64,000 nt of DNA from the human T2T-CHM13v2.0 reference genome, Homo sapiens. Numbering within the stretch: position 1 is the stretch's first letter; every line of letters starts with the position of its first letter. Shown here piece by piece: positions 57,216 through 64,000 of the stretch. The DNA is taken from the NCBI RefSeq assembly GCF_009914755.1, contig NC_060932.1. One strand, given 5' to 3'. The position numbers and the translations under genes are program-made. Under the pieces are notes generated by a model. That model was not told the DNA's origin. It worked only from the letters and a program-made list of their open reading frames with translations, and ran no database searches.

Positions 57216-59005
57216 TGCATGATCTACAGCCAATATATTGCTTTCAATCAGAAGCTTTAGAAATCGTTAGAGTATAGACGACCTCAGTTCCATTCTCCTC
57301 TTCCATGATACTTAAAGCAAATTGAGGGAAACTCCAATAAGCTGTAGCAGCTGTGTGCCTTTAAACAAACACTAATCTCTTCATTTGACATGCACACACC
57401 TCACCCTAAGAAACCATAATCATAAACAATGCTGACCAAAAAAAGCTGAAAGAAATAAACCTAATTGAGAATGAGTTTGTCTACATACTTGATGAACAAT
57501 TTAAACTATTTTAAGGATAGTTTTGATTACACTGGCTCCAGAACCTAGGTTAAAATTAATTTAAACCACTTCAAGGATAGTTTTGATAACTGTGACTCTA
57601 GAACCTAAAATTTGACTCCAGTATACAAATTTCTAACAGCTCCTAAGTGATGTTAATGACAATATCATTTTCCCACGTTTTCATCCATTGTGTATAGTCC
57701 TAAGACTGGCATCTTTAATCAGAAGCCTCTTCTAAATATTTTCACTCTCTACATCCTCACTAACTGCCAGCTACCAAAAGTCTACCCAAGAACAACAGAG
57801 AAAAATCCAACTACTAACACAAGGCATCATTTCCCATGGGTCTACCAGTACCGGTAACCTGTGAGGAAATGTGACGCTCATTGCTTTCACGGCCACAAAT
57901 GCTCTTCTTTCCTCCACATGTCCTAAGTAAATGGCACATAAAATCATAATCATAATCATTGCTAATACTTATTGAGTTATTCATTGTATACCACTCATAA
58001 TGCTAAGTAGCTTTACATGCATGACTTCATTTATCATTACATGTAATACATTCATATCATTAGGGTTTCCATTTGCAGATGAGAAATTACAATTCAGATT
58101 AAACTTGTCTAAAGGAACAAACTTAGTAAACCAAAACAAAAGTAAACTTAGCCAGGGGTGTGAACACAGGTCAATAAATTCATTCATTCAATAAAAATAT
58201 CACCTGAGAATCTAGTTAGGTACCAGGCATTTTCTTAACTTTGGGAATAAAATACAAAATAATAAAACTGTCTGCTCTCATGAATTTTAATATCATAGTG
58301 GGCAACATGAAAATTTTATATTTATATAAAACTCCATGATACCTACTTTCAGGGGGAAAAAAGCTACAAAAAATCTTTTTTTTAAAGTAAAAACAAACAT
58401 GAAGTTCCAAAATACATACTTCCACTTTGCTTTTATTCTTTAGAGATAATGATACTGTTGGCATAGCAATAGCTTCCATTGACTGGAAACATGAGTAAGA
58501 ACTGTATGAAGTATATGATATTCTTACAAATCCTATAGTGAGAGAGGTTAAGAATTATCCGCATCATTCATATGACAAAACTATGGCTCAAAGAAGTTAT
58601 TTCCTAAAGTCACATAGAAAGAAAGTTGTAAAAACTTAAAATCCATAGCTGGATCACGGGGGAAAAAAGAACATGAACATACTACATTAAAATCCCTTAA
58701 ATAAGACTACATGTAGTAAGCATATTCTATGACTTGGGACTTTACTATTCCTTTAGAAATAGCAACACTTTTTTCCCCTTGCAGATTTTCTCCCTTATGT
58801 GACCATTTAAAAAATTTCCTTTACTAAATACAATACAAAAAAAACCTCTTTCAATATGAAGTAAGAAGAGTGGAATAACAGAACACTTTAAATGTGACAA
58901 GGTAAGGTTTTCAACGGAAAGCAAAGTCATCATCCAAGAAATGGCATGGACCCAGATCCTGAGAGAACAAGATTTCCTTGTGTCCATAAATGAAAAGGTG
59001 ATCTT

Positions 59006-59983
59006 CACCTACAACCACCTGATCTTCCACAAACCTGACAGAAACAAGCAATGGGGAAAGGATTCCCTATTTAATAAACGGTGCTTGGAGTCTTGGCTAG
59101 CCATATGCAGAAAACTGAAACGGAATCCCTTCCTTACACCACATACAAAAATCAACTCAAGATGGATTAAAGACTTAAATGTAAAACCCAAAACTATGAA
59201 ACCCTAGAAGAATACCTAGGCAATACCATTCAGGACATAGGCACAGCAAAGGTTTCATGACAAAAAAGCCAAAAGCAATTGCAACAAAAGCAAAAATTGA
59301 CAAATGGAATCTAATTAAACTAAAGAGCTTCTGCACAGCAAAACAAACTATCATCAGAGTGAACAGACAACCTACGGGATGGAAGAAAATTTTTGCAATC
59401 TATCCATCTGACAAAGGTCTAATATCCAGCATCTTCAAGGAACTTAAACAAATTTACAAGAAAAAGAAAACATACATGTAGCCAACAAACATGAAAAAAA
59501 AGCTCAACATCAAAGATCATTAGAGAAATGTAAAGCAAAACCATAATGATATATCATCTTACACCAGTCAGAATGGATATTATTAAAAAGTCAAAGAAAA
59601 AGACAGATGCTGGCAAGGTTGTGGAGAAAAAGGAATGCTTTTACACTGTTGGTGGGAGTGTAAATTAGTTCAACCATTGTGGAAGACAGTGTGGCGATTC
59701 CTCAAAGACCTTGAGGCAGAAATACCATTTAACCCAGCAATCCTGTTACTGATGAGAACATATAGACACACGGGGGTAGGATGGGGAAACAACACTCACT
59801 GGGGCCTGTCAGAGGGTGAAGGGTGGGAGGAGGGACAGCATCAGGAAGAATAGCTAATGGATGCTGGGCTTAATACTTAGGTGATGGGATAATCTGTGCA
59901 GCAAACCACCATGGCACATGTTTACCTATGTAACAAACCCATATATCCCGCACATGTACCCTTTAACTTAAAATTTAAGAAAA
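59006..59983 (+). mobile_element. 5'-truncated L1PA (ORF2 3' part and 3'UTR) with two internal deletions and a 14-bp TSD
   Basis: ORF2-like peptides ([11 protein letters not shown]; [18 protein letters not shown]; HCWWECKLVQPLWKTVWRFL); TSD gaaaaggtgatctt at 58992-59005 and 59984-59997. Confidence 0.93.
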
Positions 59984-61379
59984 GAAAAGGTGATCTTGGC
60001 ATGTAGCAGAGAGAAATTTTTCCATACCTGGTCATCCTGGCAGTGTGGAATTCTCTAGAAATGTGCATACTGAACACTTCACAGCTAAAGAAACATATAG
60101 AGGAGAACCTACCTATCGTAGCCAAGAACAGAGCTGAGTGTTTAACACAGACAGCTACCCCTTTGCATCCTCACACACTTCACTCCCAGGACACACACTG
60201 GGGCCACCTTCAAATAGGGAACTCCACCCTACTGCTGGCAACTGCAGGGCAGTGAGGAGTATAATCTTGGCTCTAGAGTGGAAGACTCAACAGGTCACGT
60301 GGTCTCCCACCAGGCTTTCAGGAAGAAGAGGAGGGTGATTCAGGATCTGCTCTCAAAGCAGAAAATAACATGGTGTTGGCCTCTACTCCCAGGCTCATCC
60401 CCCCCGGGTAGTCCCCTGTGGATCCGGAGACAGTCTCGAACTGATGCCAACTGGGCACAAAACATGCCCACCATCCTGGATGGCTCATCCCGGACAAACG
60501 GGACGCAGCAGGAGTTTTCTCTCTTATTACATTAAACATCTATACATCATAGCCTCAATTTTGCCTCTTGGAGAGTAAAGCCTAAAATACTTAACTATCT
60601 GGTCCTTTAGAGAGAAAGTGTGTGCCTCTTCCTCCAAAGCTTAAGCAACTACAGCCACTTCAGTGAGAGCTGCACATACTTTAGTTAATACCAGGCATCT
60701 ACTAGTGAAGGACTGAACCTCCTGGTAAGCAGCACTTCCATCATATGGAAGTGACAGCAACAATACAAAGAAGTCCTGCCCAGAGACAAGCCCAATTTCC
60801 CAGTTTTCTTTCTAACAGATGATAGACCCAGGACTGATCACACAATGACTGGTATTCTAGCTTAGTGGGAGAGGAAAGGGTAGAAAACCAAAAAGAAGAA
60901 GATATTTTCCATACCTGCCACCCATCATTTAATTCAAATATCCAAAGATGTGATTACTGGTGAAAATGACAATAACAAGTGACTAAGGATTACTATTAGC
61001 TTTTTAGTAGGAGTTCCTATAAATTAATAAGAAAATCACAAAGACTCACAATAGATAAATAGGCAAAGGGCATGAGTAGGTTATCAAGTGGTTAACAAAT
61101 GTGGAAAATATTTGAGGCCTCTTCAGTAATCAAAGAATTACAAATCTAAAAAGAAGACAGTATTTTTCTCCTACTAAGCAAGCAAGATTTTCGACCTAAG
61201 ATTCCAAGGTTTTCAACCCAAGAGAAAAGAAATAAAATGTATAAAGAAGTAAAAAGTACTTTAGAAATACTAGTATAAACAAGAATTTTTCTCTTTCCAT
61301 AAAACATTTATTCCATAGCTCCATTGAAAAGAAGGCATTGACAGACCTAGAGCCAGAAGTACCCACAGCACAACAGGCA

Positions 61380-62374
<995 letters not shown>

Positions 62375-62755
62375 CTACTTTGGTTTCTAGAAAGAACCTT
62401 TGGAGAAGTGGCTAATGCTAAATGTCTAAAGTAGAAAATGTACCAATCACATAAGCCTGGAACATCTTAATATGCCATAAAGCAAGACAGCTAACAAAGA
62501 CTAAAGAGATTAGGTCAAAAAGGCAAGGAAAACAACTTTAAAAGGCTTCTACTGGCTATGATGGGACAGTCTGACCATCAAAAGAATGAGTACAAGTAAC
62601 TGAATGGCAAAAACCCATAAAAATCCATGCTGCATAATGATACTCAAAAAAACAAAAACAAAAAACCTCAGTGAGCTAAGATAGAACCCATGATAAAAAC
62701 TTAAAAAGCAAAGAAATTAAGCACTGTCCTTCCTATATGAAATGTATTTTGGATA

Positions 62756-63062
62756 GCTGGGCACAGTGGCTCATGCCTGTAATTCTAGCACTTTGGGAGG
62801 CCTAGGCAGGCTGATCACTTGAGCTCAGGAGTTCAAGACCAGCCTGGGTAACATGGCAAAACCCTGTCTCTACAAAATATACAAAAATTAGCCAGGCATG
62901 ATGGTGCACACCTGTACTCCCAGCTACTTGCGGGGCTGAGGTGGGAGGATTGTTTCAGCCTGGGGGATGGAGGATGCAGTGAGCCAAGATCACACCACTG
63001 TACTCCAGCCTGGGCAAGGGAGAGAGACCGTCTCAAAACAAAAAACAAAACAAAACAAAAAA
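62756..63062 (+). mobile_element. AluJ/S inserted in an L1MC-type 3'UTR (about 62380-63800)
   Basis: Dimeric Alu with (caaaa)n tail; flanks contain L1 3' text such as ctctctacttttgtatatgtttgcaaatttccataataaaa. Confidence 0.9.
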
Positions 63063-64000
63063 GATACGTATTTCAGTCCATTTATATGGAAAACCTCCAG
63101 CTAATAGCGATTCAACTGGACACAGCCCAAGTATAAAGTTTTCTTGCCACCCCAGACCACCTCTGAAAAAGTAAACCTGAATTTAATCAAGCAACTATAT
63201 GTACCTACGGTTTCCAGTTTCTAGGAAATATGGAGTATAAAGAAAAAGACAAACATTATGATGAATCAGTTAAATTCAGAATAAGCATTCCACAGAACAA
63301 TGACTCTGTTTCTTCAACAAATGGTTACTAAAAAAAAAAAAAAAAAAGAAGACTTTTTATAAACTAAAAAAGATGGACGAGACAAAATAAACAAATGCCA
63401 TGTGTGAATTTGTTCAGATCCTGGATCCTGACTTAAAACAACTGTATAATAACATTTTTGGGATAAATGTGCAAATCTAAATACGGACAGGGTATCGGAT
63501 TATACTAAAGAATTAGAATTACTTTTGTTTGGATGATAATGGCATTGTAGTAACAGAAAATGAACTCTGAAAAATTAGTGTGTAAAATGATGCCTGAGTC
63601 TTGCTTTAAACTAGTCTAGCAAAAATAAGCGAAGGAAGGAAGGCTGGAAGGAAAGAACAGAATTAGCTGGGCAGTAGAAAGGTGAGATTGGCAAAATGTT
63701 GGTACTTATTAAAGCAAGTGAGATGGCTATATTAGGTTCACTGTAACATTCTCTCTACTTTTGTATATGTTTGCAAATTTCCATAATAAAACACTAGAAA
63801 ATGTATTATTTTAATCACATTCAACATTCATATTACAGGTCAGAATGTATTTTAAATAATTATGATGTTTCTGGAAAGCAACTGGTGTTTGTAGAGGTAG
63901 GTAAGCAAAGGTTTTATAAAATCACATTTCCTTAAGCCAATAACTGTACCATGAAATCAATTTTAGGGAAAAAATTTGAAATATAGTTAAAGCATACACA

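Noticed and set aside
58941-59853. Three + strand ORFs resembling L1 ORF2
   Set aside because: Frameshifted, deleted fragments of a 5'-truncated L1; cannot be autonomous.

Overview
This is primate (almost certainly human) genomic DNA lying wholly inside the autophagy scaffold gene RB1CC1 (FIP200), on the minus strand. I traced 19 exons by hand: non-coding exon 2, then coding exons 3-20 (numbering follows my recollection of the 24-exon reference transcript). They splice in frame into 4440 nt of CDS, residues 1-1480. Exon 1 and the promoter lie beyond position 64000, and the C-terminal Claw exons lie before position 1. The introns are filled with ordinary repeats: about 27 Alu elements or fragments, L1/L2/MIR fragments, solo LTRs (MER4, MER11, MER21, MER31, MLT1), an old ERVL/MaLR-like remnant and Tigger/Charlie DNA transposons. 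Repeat subfamily calls are by eye. I found no evidence of a new multi-gene system. The most noteworthy items concern RNA processing: a weak 89-nt GC-AG intron exactly after residue 640, a 12-codon uORF in exon 2, a candidate poison or terminal exon in intron 18, a palindrome nest near the intron 9 branch-point zone, inverted Alus around the ATG exon, and an Alu/L1/THE1 patchwork insertion.
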